A stretch of DNA of 64,000 nucleotides. Source: Synergistaceae bacterium. GTDB taxonomy: Bacteria; Synergistota; Synergistia; Synergistales; Aminobacteriaceae. A model generated the notes under the pieces. That model was not told the DNA's origin, did no database searches, and saw only the letters and a list, made by a program, of their open reading frames with translations. Of this stretch, positions 36,794-46,900 are shown piece after piece. Position 1 is the stretch's first letter. Every line of letters begins with the position of its first letter. The DNA lies in contig JAFYBQ010000033.1 of assembly GCA_017540085.1 (NCBI GenBank), positions 5,835 to 69,834 on the forward strand, written 5' to 3'. The position numbers and the translations under genes are program-made.

Positions 36794-37074
36794 ACAACGG
36801 CCTCCTGTGGTACAGCAGAGTTGCGTTCTGCCGCTTCCCTCAGCTTCTTAAGCTCGCTGGAAAACACAAGCTCCATAGGGTCGTCAAAATCATCCGCAAC
36901 TTTAATTTTGCCTCTCAGCAGTCCCGGCAAATCCCGCGGCTTTCCTCTTGGCTTGTCAGGCTGTCCGAGACTCACAGGGCATTCGCTAAGGAATCTCATG
37001 TAGTGTATCAGCTCCGACAGCTTGAAATCCGGAACAGTCTCAAGAGCGAGCGCGGCTTCTTCCCTCAGTGTCAT
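36790..37074 (-). CDS. antitoxin-like protein (DUF2281-like, DDF(D/G)DPME motif)
   Basis: 94 aa, paralog of 37480-37764. ATGA overlap with the downstream PIN gene. Confidence 0.6.
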   Translation of the reverse strand: MTLREEAALALETVPDFKLSELIHYMRFLSECPVSLGQPDKPRGKPRDLPGLLRGKIKVADDFDDPMELVFSSELKKLREAAERNSAVPQEAVV

Positions 37075-37090
37075 AATTAACTCCCCTCCT

Positions 37091-37480
37091 TTACGTTATC
37101 TGCCAGAGTGTTTTTACTCCGCTGTAGCGCGGGATAATTTCATCACTTGTGAGAATCGTATATCCCTCTTCAATTGCTGAGGCGATTATGATTCTGTCGA
37201 ACGGGTCGCGGTGTATCAATGGCAATTGCTTTATGCGCTCGAAGTACCTGCACTCTAACGGAAGAACGGTAATTTTTTCCTCCCTGCATTTGTCTTCAAG
37301 CTCAAAGCTCGTCATAGGCAGGCTGATTTTCCCGGTTGTCTGCTTTATTGCAATCTCCCACAATGTGGCTTGGCTGAGATAAATATTCTCGCTGGTGTCT
37401 ATTATCTCCCTCACTGCCTCCGGAAGTCTGCCGCTGGTCTCTATGTACCATATGAACGCGCATGTATCAAGCAAATACAT
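37091..37480 (-). CDS. PIN-domain toxin (VapC family)
   Basis: 129 aa. LLDTCAFIW (first Asp), TLWEIAIK (Glu), HRDPFDRIIIASA and TSDEII acidic motifs. Confidence 0.85.
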   Translation of the reverse strand: MYLLDTCAFIWYIETSGRLPEAVREIIDTSENIYLSQATLWEIAIKQTTGKISLPMTSFELEDKCREEKITVLPLECRYFERIKQLPLIHRDPFDRIIIASAIEEGYTILTSDEIIPRYSGVKTLWQIT

Positions 37481-37764
37481 CAGACTGCGACCTCCTGCAA
37501 TTTTTCCTGTCTGTTTCCGCGCATGGCCTCAAGCACCCGCATTTCATCAGGCGAAACAAATTCCATCGGATCACCGAAATCATCAGACATCCAGATTTCT
37601 CCTTTAACCCATCCGCCCGAACGATACTGCTTTCCCTTCCGGACTTCCGCAGTTCTCTCCTTCTCCGAGCTTGCTATGAGGTAGCGTGCGAAATCCATAA
37701 CCTCATGCCATTTTCCCGCCGGCACTGCCTCAAGAACCTTCAAATCTTCCTCACTCAGTATCAT
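37480..37764 (-). CDS. antitoxin-like protein (DUF2281-like)
   Basis: 94 aa. GEIWMSDDFGDPMEF motif. Stop overlaps the PIN start by 1 nt. Confidence 0.6.
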   Translation of the reverse strand: MILSEEDLKVLEAVPAGKWHEVMDFARYLIASSEKERTAEVRKGKQYRSGGWVKGEIWMSDDFGDPMEFVSPDEMRVLEAMRGNRQEKLQEVAV

Positions 37765-37779
37765 CTTTCTCCCTCCTTC

Positions 37780-39876
37780 CTACGGCAAAGGATAATGATC
37801 CCATATCGGCACACCCAGGAAAAATCCCGTCTTCAGTTCCTCAGAGCCGTACATTATTGCCAGCTTCATGTCGATTATGTTGTTCGGGAAATTCACGGCA
37901 AGCCCTACTTCCCACGGAGCGTCTATCTTTCCCCAGCCCTTGTCCATAGCATAGCCCCAGCTCGCGAAAATCTCACCCGCCAAGACTCCGACCGCCGTTC
38001 GGTTAAGTATCTTCCTGAAAGCTAGGTTAGCCCAGAACATTCGCTCGGCCTCAATGGGATTCGCCGCCACAGAGTAAAGCTCCTCAGCCGCCCCCAAGTA
38101 CACCGCGTGCGCTCTCCTGTTCATGTCGCCCTCAGCAAAACCAAGACGCAGATACGTCCTCCAAAGGCTCGAAACATCAAGCGGCTTGAAGTAAGTCAGC
38201 CTGTAATTTATCTCGTCAAAGCTCGGCCACCAGGCATTGACCTTCCACGCATAGCCCCTCGTAGGGTCTGAAGGCATGTCAAGAGTGTCATATTCCGCAA
38301 AGAACGTAAGACCGCCAGATTCCGTGCCGTCTTTTGTTGAAATTGCGTTCCCGTCAACATGCTCATACGCATATCCGAATCCCATATTGACATCGCCCAG
38401 CGTGAAAAGCCGCGCAATTCCCGTCGCGTATCTGTCCCAGTCCCGGAGGTGGTCATCTTCCCCGGCAGGCCGCCAGTTTTGTGCGCTGAATGTGAACTGC
38501 CATCCGTCCATAGGCTGAGGGGCTGTCTGATATGTCAGGTCAAATCCCCACTGCTCTCCGATTTTCGCCACGCCCACAAGTGAGTCATACTCCGACAAAA
38601 TTCCGTTCAGCTCGCCTTTCAGGTAAAGCCATCTGTTTGGGTGAAGGTTTGTCGTGTAACCTGAAATCCCCGCTTTAATCTCAGGGGACCTCCTCACGTC
38701 AATACGCACAAGGACATCTCCCGAAGCCGTCCGCCCTAACTGGTAGTCCGCCATGTCAATACCGACTGATTCCGAAAGCCTGTCGAGGCCGTCAGCTATC
38801 TTCTTGTCGTCCACTGGCTTGCCTATCCATCGCAGCATTCTTTTCCGCACAAGCTCGGCCATTTTCGGCGGAAGTCCGTGAACTTCAACATCACCGACAA
38901 TATTATTCTGCTTACTTTCTTCCTTCTTCAGCGTGAAAAGCTCCGGGCCTGTCTCGGAGAGTGCTTTTATCTCGTCAAGATGTTTCATTGCCTCTTCAGT
39001 GCCAAGCGCGATTACTATTTCAGGGTCTACATTGTCAAGCGTACCCATCCCGGAAACATCCGGCTTCAGCAGTATATCCGCCGCTAATGCTTCCTCGTCT
39101 GTCGTACGCCTCATCAGAATCGTCAATGACTGATTCAGCACATCCATGTATGAATTTACTTTGCTTTCCATCGCCCCGGAAATGTCGACTGCTACAATCG
39201 GTACGCCGGGGAATAATTCTTTGGCGGTGTAAACAGGAAGGTTTGAGACTATTCCGCCGTCAACAAGAAGATGATCATCAATCTTCCACGGCTCGAACAC
39301 CATCGGAATCGACATTGATGCCCTCATTGCCGCCGCTAAGTTGCCTTCTTTGAGGACTACTTTCTCCCCGGTGTTTATGTCCGTCGCAACTGCCGCATAC
39401 GGTATAGGGAGGTTGTGAAAATCCGTCTCGGTAACATGCTTCATGAGCTGGGAAAAATACCTGAACAGCTTATCCCCCGTTAAGAGTCCTTTAGGCCCTA
39501 CCTGCCCTTCCTGCTTCTTGTAGGTCAGAAGGCTGACGGTGTTTGTCTTTGCGCGTCTGTCGTTGCCCGTGAAGACGAACATAGGCCCGGTGTTTTCGCT
39601 GAGGAGGCTGGGAAGGTCTAACTCCTTCAAGATTCTGTGCATGTCCCTTGTTGAGTACCCGCTCGCCCTCAAAGCCCCCATCAAAGCACCCATGCTCGTG
39701 CCGACAATCCCGACAATCTCGACTCCGTTTAGCTCTAACGTCTCCATGACTCCCAAGTGAGCGAATCCCTTTGTCCCTCCGCCCGAAAGAACGAGAACGA
39801 CTCCCGCGTCCCCCTGAATCGGAGTCATTGCTATAATCACCGCGGCCATGAATGCGAATATACAGCGTCTGAACAT
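37780..39876 (-). CDS. patatin-like phospholipase fused to a POTRA/Omp85-type outer-membrane beta-barrel (PlpD-like)
   Basis: Signal peptide. GGGTKGFAHLG oxyanion motif, GTSMG (GxSxG), VDGG (Asp of dyad). C-terminal ~330 aa rich in alternating aromatic/Gly beta-strand patterns. Confidence 0.82.
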   Translation of the reverse strand: MFRRCIFAFMAAVIIAMTPIQGDAGVVLVLSGGGTKGFAHLGVMETLELNGVEIVGIVGTSMGALMGALRASGYSTRDMHRILKELDLPSLLSENTGPMFVFTGNDRRAKTNTVSLLTYKKQEGQVGPKGLLTGDKLFRYFSQLMKHVTETDFHNLPIPYAAVATDINTGEKVVLKEGNLAAAMRASMSIPMVFEPWKIDDHLLVDGGIVSNLPVYTAKELFPGVPIVAVDISGAMESKVNSYMDVLNQSLTILMRRTTDEEALAADILLKPDVSGMGTLDNVDPEIVIALGTEEAMKHLDEIKALSETGPELFTLKKEESKQNNIVGDVEVHGLPPKMAELVRKRMLRWIGKPVDDKKIADGLDRLSESVGIDMADYQLGRTASGDVLVRIDVRRSPEIKAGISGYTTNLHPNRWLYLKGELNGILSEYDSLVGVAKIGEQWGFDLTYQTAPQPMDGWQFTFSAQNWRPAGEDDHLRDWDRYATGIARLFTLGDVNMGFGYAYEHVDGNAISTKDGTESGGLTFFAEYDTLDMPSDPTRGYAWKVNAWWPSFDEINYRLTYFKPLDVSSLWRTYLRLGFAEGDMNRRAHAVYLGAAEELYSVAANPIEAERMFWANLAFRKILNRTAVGVLAGEIFASWGYAMDKGWGKIDAPWEVGLAVNFPNNIIDMKLAIMYGSEELKTGFFLGVPIWDHYPLP

Positions 39877-39975
39877 GAAAATTATTCCTCCCTCTTAATG
39901 TGAAAAACGGCTCCGGCCCATTCAGACCAGAACCGCCCGGTTGATTTCATCTGCGATATGCGAAACTGTTACAGG

Positions 39976-40467
39976 CTAGTCAATTTTGAACGACAGCACA
40001 AGATAAAGCCCCCCTGACGGCTGAAGCTCAAAAGGAAGCGTGAAGCTCCTCATGCCGTTGTCCTCTTTCGTTACGTTCCTGATATTTTCCCCTACGATTA
40101 ATTGCGGCGGCGTTACGTCTACAGTACCCAGTGCGCTCTGAACCAATGCGCGCCCGCCTATCATGTTAGACAGCTCGCCTATTACGCTCATTGATACGTC
40201 ATCGCCTAACTGAGGCATTATCATTCCGCCCGACATGGCTTTGATGATGTTGTCGAAGCCGTCCTTGTTAAGCATGATATTGACAGTTCCGCGTGAGCCT
40301 ACGCCGACGACTCCAATTAAGGCGGTTGTGCAGATATTGCCGACTTTTATTCCCGGGGAAACTTTTGACTTGTTGAGGGTGATATTAAGCCCTACTTCTC
40401 GCCCTACGGAAAGAACAGCCGATGCAAAACTATTTACCAGAGCGATTAGTTTATCGTTACCGGCCAT
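39976..40467 (-). CDS. CheX/CheC-like chemotaxis phosphatase family protein
   Basis: 163 aa. TALIGVVGVGSRGTVNIML and IGELSNMIGGRA match the CheX pattern. Confidence 0.6.
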   Translation of the reverse strand: MAGNDKLIALVNSFASAVLSVGREVGLNITLNKSKVSPGIKVGNICTTALIGVVGVGSRGTVNIMLNKDGFDNIIKAMSGGMIMPQLGDDVSMSVIGELSNMIGGRALVQSALGTVDVTPPQLIVGENIRNVTKEDNGMRSFTLPFELQPSGGLYLVLSFKID

Positions 40468-40525
40468 CTGAAATTAATCTCCCTCCCTGTAATTTATATT
40501 GTCATTGGAATTTGAATTTGCATTA

Positions 40526-41005
40526 TTATAGCTTATTCCCGCGTATATCTCTATATTCTTTCAGCCCGCGCAGAGCCACAGCCCACGCCGCTAAATCATC
40601 AATCACTCTCGGCGGGACTCTCATCCCCTCCGGCAGAAGACGCACGAAAATTCCCGGCCTGTGAAGCCTCCAATAGAGACTCCGCGCTTCAAGCGTCGTG
40701 TTCCTCTCGTCAACCGTAATAATCTCATGGCCGACAATCTTTCTCACTCGCTCCGTGAAAGCCCTGCCAGTAGTCCCGTTCCCAATCACGATAAATTTCA
40801 CGCGGGACATTATTCCGTCAGCAAAAGAAATATCACCCTCAATGACATACGGCGAGAAGTCCGCAAAAAATTTCTCTGTCTCCTCTGTCGGAAATATCCC
40901 GGACATCACTAACTCCCCGTCAAGACTCACGAACGCGAATCCGGTTTTGTCCCTCCCCGGGTCAAACCCTAAGGCTATACCGTCTTCCCTAATGTGTATT
41001 GCCAT
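40526..41005 (-). CDS. RNase H-fold nuclease, RuvX/YqgF-like
   Basis: ALGFDPGRDKTGFAFV N-terminus, FIVIGNGTTG and VDERNTTLEAR resemble YqgF/RuvX motifs. Confidence 0.5.
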   Translation of the reverse strand: MAIHIREDGIALGFDPGRDKTGFAFVSLDGELVMSGIFPTEETEKFFADFSPYVIEGDISFADGIMSRVKFIVIGNGTTGRAFTERVRKIVGHEIITVDERNTTLEARSLYWRLHRPGIFVRLLPEGMRVPPRVIDDLAAWAVALRGLKEYRDIRGNKL

Positions 41006-41919
41006 CTGTCAAGAAGCCAGAGCCATTGACCGGGACGCTCCTTTATGAGGCTCTCTATATGCTCGTTGCAGAGTCTTATACTTGCGGGAATGTCCTCGCC
41101 GAACGGCCTGCCGTTAATGTCGTTCATGTCGCTGAGTATTCCGTGAAGCCGTATGTGATGCCGTGAAGGGTGCTTAATGTCGCGCCAGTGTACCCCGTGA
41201 ATTATAGGGCAGCGGAATTTTCGGTACAGCTTGATGATACCCTCGTGAGTCCGCGCAGGGAGTCCGAGAAATTCGGAGGGGATTCCGTCCTGCCGTGCAT
41301 CTAAGTCCTGCATAATCACAAGAACTTCCCCGGCCTTCAGAACGCGGAATATTTCCCGCAGGCCCGTATCACTGTCAATCATGGCCATGTGCGAAATGTT
41401 TTCCCTTGTTGACATTATGACCGACTCGACTCCTTTGTCCCTTTGAGGAGTGTAGACCGCGTGAAGGTGAAAGCCCTCGTGAATGACTCTTGCCGCGGCG
41501 TATTCCCAGTTGGCGTAATGCTGGCACATGAGGATTGCCCCGTTCCCCCGCGACAATGCCGAGCGCAAAACGTCAATGCTTTCTGCGGGAAACTCTACAA
41601 GCTCATTGATACGTGATATGACTTTGGGCAGGCGGATAAATTCTGCGGCTGACATTCCGAGATTGGCGAACGAGTCCCGGATTATTCCGCGTGATATTGT
41701 TACGCCGACTCCCAGAGACGAAACGCACCGCGCCTCGCACCTGTCTGTTGTCTTCCATAAAATGAGACGGAGAACCCGCCCGATGAATTTCCCGAAGGCA
41801 AGCGCGAAATTATGAGGCATGATTCGAATCAGTCCGACAAAAAATTTCAGCGTGATTAATTTCCTCCTGATGAAAATTTTTCTCATAATATCATGTAAAA
41901 TTACCATGTATATTTTCAC
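40975..41919 (-). CDS. lysophospholipid/lipid A (LpxL-family) acyltransferase, second copy
   Basis: QHYANWEY (H-x4-E), RPGQWLWLLDRW C-terminus. Start uncertain (GTG 41919, ATG 41907 or 41886). Confidence 0.75.
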   Translation of the reverse strand: MKIYMVILHDIMRKIFIRRKLITLKFFVGLIRIMPHNFALAFGKFIGRVLRLILWKTTDRCEARCVSSLGVGVTISRGIIRDSFANLGMSAAEFIRLPKVISRINELVEFPAESIDVLRSALSRGNGAILMCQHYANWEYAAARVIHEGFHLHAVYTPQRDKGVESVIMSTRENISHMAMIDSDTGLREIFRVLKAGEVLVIMQDLDARQDGIPSEFLGLPARTHEGIIKLYRKFRCPIIHGVHWRDIKHPSRHHIRLHGILSDMNDINGRPFGEDIPASIRLCNEHIESLIKERPGQWLWLLDRWQYTLGKTV

Positions 41920-41933
41920 GGGGAGAGTTTTCC

Positions 41934-42314
41934 ATGTCGCTCAGAGAATGCAAAGTCTGCAAATCGCTTTATGATGATGAAACCTTCATAGGCACGACAG
42001 AAATATGCCACGACTGCCGCATGAGGCTTGAAGGAACTTATGCCCGAATCCACAACTACATACGCGAAACAAAAGACATCGACCCCGCCAAGATAATGGA
42101 AGCAACAAAGACAACTCCCGCCGAAATGGAGATAATTCTTGAGCTTGGCTGGATGGAGCGCGATATTCAGACCTACACCGACACAGTAACAGAGCGCAGA
42201 AAGTTAGCGAAGGAATTTGCCGAGGAGCTTGCGAAAATGGTCGAACATCACAAGGCGACTACATACGGCGGAGTTTACCAGCGTTATAAAAACAGGCGCA
42301 AGAGGAAAAAATAA
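41934..42314 (+). CDS. Zn-ribbon protein, YvyF/TIGR03826-like
   Basis: 126 aa. CKVC..x..CHDC then helical region and basic tail. Paralog of the next gene. Confidence 0.45.
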   Translation: MSLRECKVCKSLYDDETFIGTTEICHDCRMRLEGTYARIHNYIRETKDIDPAKIMEATKTTPAEMEIILELGWMERDIQTYTDTVTERRKLAKEFAEELAKMVEHHKATTYGGVYQRYKNRRKRKK

Positions 42315-42331
42315 CACGGAGGGGATAAAGA

Positions 42332-42742
42332 ATGCCATTAACAGAGTGCAGATTATGCCGGAGAATCTATAACGGCTTTGAGGGTCAGCGTGTCTGCGGG
42401 AACTGTATACGCAGGCTTGAGGAAATATACGGGCGCGTTCACGAGTATATGCGCGACAATCAGGACAAGGATTTTGACCTTGAGACTCTCGCCGATGATA
42501 TGGAGATAAGCCCTGTTGATATTCAGGCTCTCGTTGACCTGGGATATATTGAGCGGGACTTGCAGACCTACAGCCGCGAAAAGAAAGGCTCACGGCAGAA
42601 ATTAGCGGAGGCGATTAACGCGGAGGCCGAGAAACTCAAACGCAACATCAATACATACGGCGGAGTCCTTTACGCCCGGGACAGTCAGAACAAGAAGAAT
42701 GACGGTCGGCACTATGTTTACGACACCCAGAAGCGGAAATGA
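42332..42742 (+). CDS. Zn-ribbon protein, YvyF/TIGR03826-like (paralog)
   Basis: 136 aa. CRLC..x..CGNC. Shares LE..Y.R.H.Y.R, ..LG..ERD.QTY and TYGGV with the upstream gene. Confidence 0.45.
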   Translation: MPLTECRLCRRIYNGFEGQRVCGNCIRRLEEIYGRVHEYMRDNQDKDFDLETLADDMEISPVDIQALVDLGYIERDLQTYSREKKGSRQKLAEAINAEAEKLKRNINTYGGVLYARDSQNKKNDGRHYVYDTQKRK

Positions 42743-43548
42743 TGACTCAGACTCTAATCATCGCGGGGATTCTCGGAGCGTGTCTCGGCTCGTTCCTGAA
42801 CGTAGTCGCGCACAGAAGCATTCAGGGGCGTTCATGGCGGGGGAATGAGCGTTCAGCCTGCGAGTCATGCGGCCATGTGCTAGGGGTGATTGAGCTTGTC
42901 CCGGTAATATCATGGCTCATACAGCGGGGAAGGTGCCGACACTGCGGGGCGAAAATTTCTGCGCGTTATATCATCGTTGAAGTAATCTGCGCGGCTCTTG
43001 CCGTAACAATAATATACCGCTGGCGGCTGACATGGGCGGCACTGATTGCGGGAATTGGGACTTGCGGGCTTGTCTTGAACTCTCTGACGGACTACGAGTC
43101 GGGAGATGTCTTTGACGTTTTCGCGGTTGCGCCCGGGATTGTGTGCCTATTGCTGAGGATTGCGGGAGGATTTCCGGCGGTGCTTGACGGACTCGCGGGG
43201 GCTGTTTCGGGCTGGGCGGTCTTTGCGGTGATAATCGTGCTTTCACGCGGCGGAATGGGCTGGGGCGATGCTGTATTCATGGCCGGGATCGGTGCGGCTA
43301 TGGGCTTGAAGTTCACGCTCTTTGCGTTCTACGCGGGAATAATGTCCGGGGGCTTCTGGGTGATACTGATGATGATAATCGGCCGTCTTCACTGGGGAAG
43401 GGGAGAGTCGATTCCGTTAGTGCCGTTTCTGTCAATAGGCTGCTTTCTGACGATGATATTCGGCCCGGAGATTTTCGCGTATCTTGGCGGGCGTATGTTG
43501 TCGCCGGAAATATTTTCGGTATCATGGCCGTTTGCGGCTGTAAATTAA
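42739..43548 (+). CDS. prepilin peptidase (A24 family)
   Basis: CLGSFLNVVAHR, CESCGH..CRHCGAKIS Zn-binding region, GMGWGDAVFM and later Asp-containing motif. 4-nt overlap with the upstream gene. Confidence 0.88.
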   Translation: MMTQTLIIAGILGACLGSFLNVVAHRSIQGRSWRGNERSACESCGHVLGVIELVPVISWLIQRGRCRHCGAKISARYIIVEVICAALAVTIIYRWRLTWAALIAGIGTCGLVLNSLTDYESGDVFDVFAVAPGIVCLLLRIAGGFPAVLDGLAGAVSGWAVFAVIIVLSRGGMGWGDAVFMAGIGAAMGLKFTLFAFYAGIMSGGFWVILMMIIGRLHWGRGESIPLVPFLSIGCFLTMIFGPEIFAYLGGRMLSPEIFSVSWPFAAVN

Positions 43549-43563
43549 TGAGGAGGTCAAAAA

Positions 43564-43932
43564 ATGATTCGTGATGTAACAGGAGTAGAGGCTGAGAATT
43601 TAGCGGGCGGAAAAGGGAAGGCAATGCGCTATGTGATAGTGCCGCCGGAGGAGCTTAACGGACACGGGAGACTCTATGCGCGGATAGTGCTTGCGCCGGG
43701 GTCTTGCGTGGGATGGCATCAGCATGTCAACGACACAGAGCCGTACTACATTCTGCGCGGTGAGGGCGACTTCATCGAGGGAGACTCGGAAAACGACAAG
43801 AGGCGGACTCATGTTCACGCGGGGCAGGTGTGCGTGATTCGCGTGGGTCAGTGGCATTCACTGGAGAATAATTCTGATGATGAGCTTGAATTTATTGCGC
43901 TTATCTACAACAAGCCGGGCTATCTGAATTAG
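43564..43932 (+). CDS. cupin domain-containing protein
   Basis: 122 aa. GWHQHVNDTEPYYILRGEG and VGQWHSLEN are cupin motifs 1 and 2. Confidence 0.8.
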   Translation: MIRDVTGVEAENLAGGKGKAMRYVIVPPEELNGHGRLYARIVLAPGSCVGWHQHVNDTEPYYILRGEGDFIEGDSENDKRRTHVHAGQVCVIRVGQWHSLENNSDDELEFIALIYNKPGYLN

Positions 43933-43953
43933 GACGGGCAAGCAGAAAATAAT

Positions 43954-46900
43954 ATGTATTCGCTTTCAGAGTTATTCAGGAACTCAACGCATGATGACTC
44001 GGCCTTCACACCCGGAACAGTTCACGCGGTCGAGTCCATGATTTACACGAAAGAACAGCGCGGGAAAATTATCCCCTTCATCAAGTGCATAATCCGCAAA
44101 AAGGAAATACGCCTGAACCCGGAAGAAGCCGTCAGACAGCTATACATTTACAGGCTGATTCATGAGTATGGATATGACCCGGAAAATATCAGGCTTGAAC
44201 ACGGAATAAATTTCGGGCGTGAAATCAAGCGCGCTGACATTGTGATATTCGAGAAGGATCACCCGAACTCGGAATATATCATTGTCGAGGTCAAGAAGCC
44301 AAACTCACGCGACGGAAAAGCACAGCTCAAATCATACTGCAATGCTTCAGGCGCAATAATGGGAGTCTGGACTAACGGGCAGGATTTCGCATACTATCAC
44401 CGCAAAGACCCAAATTATTTCGAGAACATACCCGACATACCCAAAGCAAAGCAGAAACTCCGCGACATTCTCCGGGAACGCTGGACAATCTCAGACCTTG
44501 AAGCAAAAGACAGGCTCAGGGACGGCCATAAATCATTGACCGGGCTGATTCAGGAAATGGAAGACGAGGTATTAGCCAACGCCGGAGTCGATGTTTTCGA
44601 GGAAGTGTTCAAGCTGATATACACGAAACTTTTTGACGAAATGCAAAGCGGGCGGGACAAGTCGCGTATTCTTGAGTTCAGGAATTACGGCGACACAGAC
44701 TCTGACCTCAAAGCAAACATTCAGGCACTCTTCAAGCAGGCTATGCGGAAATGGCCGGGAGTCTTCAACGACAACGACACAATATCATTGACCCCCTCGC
44801 ATTTGTCCGTTTGTGTCTCGGCTCTGCAAAGCGTCAAGCTCTTCAACTCTAATCTTGATGTCATTGATGACGCATTCGAGTACCTCATGAGCAAGTCAAG
44901 CAAGGGCGAGAAAGGGCAGTTTTTCACCCCGCGTTATGTTATCGATATGTGCGTGAGAATGCTCAATCCCAAAAAGAACGAGTCAATGATTGACACCGCG
45001 GCAGGCTCATGCGGATTCCCCGTTCACACAATATTTCACGTGTGGAAAAATATTCTTGCCGAAAAGGGAATCGAACAGAGTCATTTGTTCACAGCGGAAG
45101 AAAAGCCCCCGGAGTGTCAAGAGTACGTGAAGGATAAAGTTTTTGCCATTGACTTTGACGAAAAAGCCGTGAGAGTCGCTCGTACGCTTAACCTTATAGC
45201 CGGAGACGGGCGGACAAATGTACTTCACCTTAACACGCTGGATTACGGACGCTGGGAGGAGACAATAAAGCCGCGGGCATGGCAGAAAATCTACAGTGAA
45301 GGCTGGCTCAGGTTTACGGATTTCTGCGGCACTGAAGAGGATTACGGCAATTTTGCGTTTGATATTGTCATGGCTAACCCTCCTTTTGCGGGCGACATCA
45401 AAGAGGGCAAAATCATATCCCGCTATGAACTCGCAAGAGACGCAAAAGGCAAATACGCGCAGAGAATCGGACGGGATATATTATTCATTGAGCGCAATAT
45501 TCATTTCCTGAAACCCGGCGGAAGAATGGCAATAGTACTCCCGCAGGGACGCTTCAACAATTCGAGCGACAAATACATTCGGAGCTTCATTGCGAGGGAG
45601 TGCAGGATTCTGGCGGTAATCGGGCTTCATGAAAACGTCTTCAAGCCTCACACAGGCACAAAGACTTCTGTGCTGTTCGTGCAGAAATGGGATGATGATT
45701 TATGCCCGCACCGTGAAGATTACCCGGTGTTTTTCGCGACAATGAGGAAGCCGGGGAAGGACAATTCCGGCGGGAAAATTTACGTAAGGGACTCAGACGG
45801 GCATATACTGAGGGACGCGCATAATCACCCGGTTGTTGATCATGATCTGTATAATCACGAGGGCTTGACTCAGGACGGAATAGCGGAGGCGTTCATAGAG
45901 TTTGCGAAAAGGGAGGGATTAAGTTTTTTCGGTGATGCCCGCTTCTCTGAGGAACGTTACGGGGAATTAGTGAGCGGGCTTGAAGTGAGTGAAGTGATGT
46001 TGAGCAGGCTTGAGAATTATTTTACGCTTGGTGCAGAATATTACGCAAAAGGCTATGTGTATGCGGCTTGCAAAGTTCAGGCTTGCAGGAAGTCAGAAAC
46101 TCTTGGCAATATGTCTCAAATAATTACGGACGGCGATCACGATTCACCAGAATATTTTGATGATGGCATTCCGTATCTTTTGAGTGAGACTGTACAGACG
46201 GGATATATAGACAAAAGCAAAATACGCTACATAACGCTGGAAAAACATGAAACCTTGCGAAAATCTGCAACACGTCCGCGAGATGTATTAGTTACAAAAA
46301 CGGGTGTATATTTCGGAAAAAGTGCTGTTACGCCTGACGATATACAAGAAGCTAATATGAGTTCACATGTTGCTATGATACGGCTTAAAGATGAATATAA
46401 TCCCTATTTTGTCTCGGCGTTTCTGAATTGTAATTACGGCTATTCACAGTTACGCAGGAGGGGAGTAAAGGCCACGCGCCCCGAAATAGCATTACTTGAA
46501 TTTGACGATATACGAGTCCCGAAAATGTCCGACGAATTTGACTCGCTCATAGAATCAATAACCCGTCAGGCCATGACCGCAATAGCCGACTCCGAATCCC
46601 TCTACGCCCGCGCACAATCAATCCTCAATGACGCAATACACTTCACCCCCTCGGCGCATTCAGACTCAAATATCACTGCCGTATCATTCTCGCAGGTCTT
46701 CAGCGCAGGACGTATGGACGCGGAATACTTCATGCCCAAATATGACGAACTCTTAGCGCACCTTGAGACCCTCCCGGCAAAACGTCTCGGCGAAATCGTA
46801 ACTATCACGAAATCCATCGAACCCGGCAGCGAATGTTACAGCACAGAAGGAATACCCTTTATCCGTGTCAGCGACATCACAGAGACAGGCATAACACCTC

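Noticed and set aside
39976-40467. The CheX-like gene might mark a chemotaxis cluster.
   Set aside because: No cheA/W/Y/R/B, MCP or flagellar genes are in the window. It appears as an isolated gene, so no system-level claim is made.
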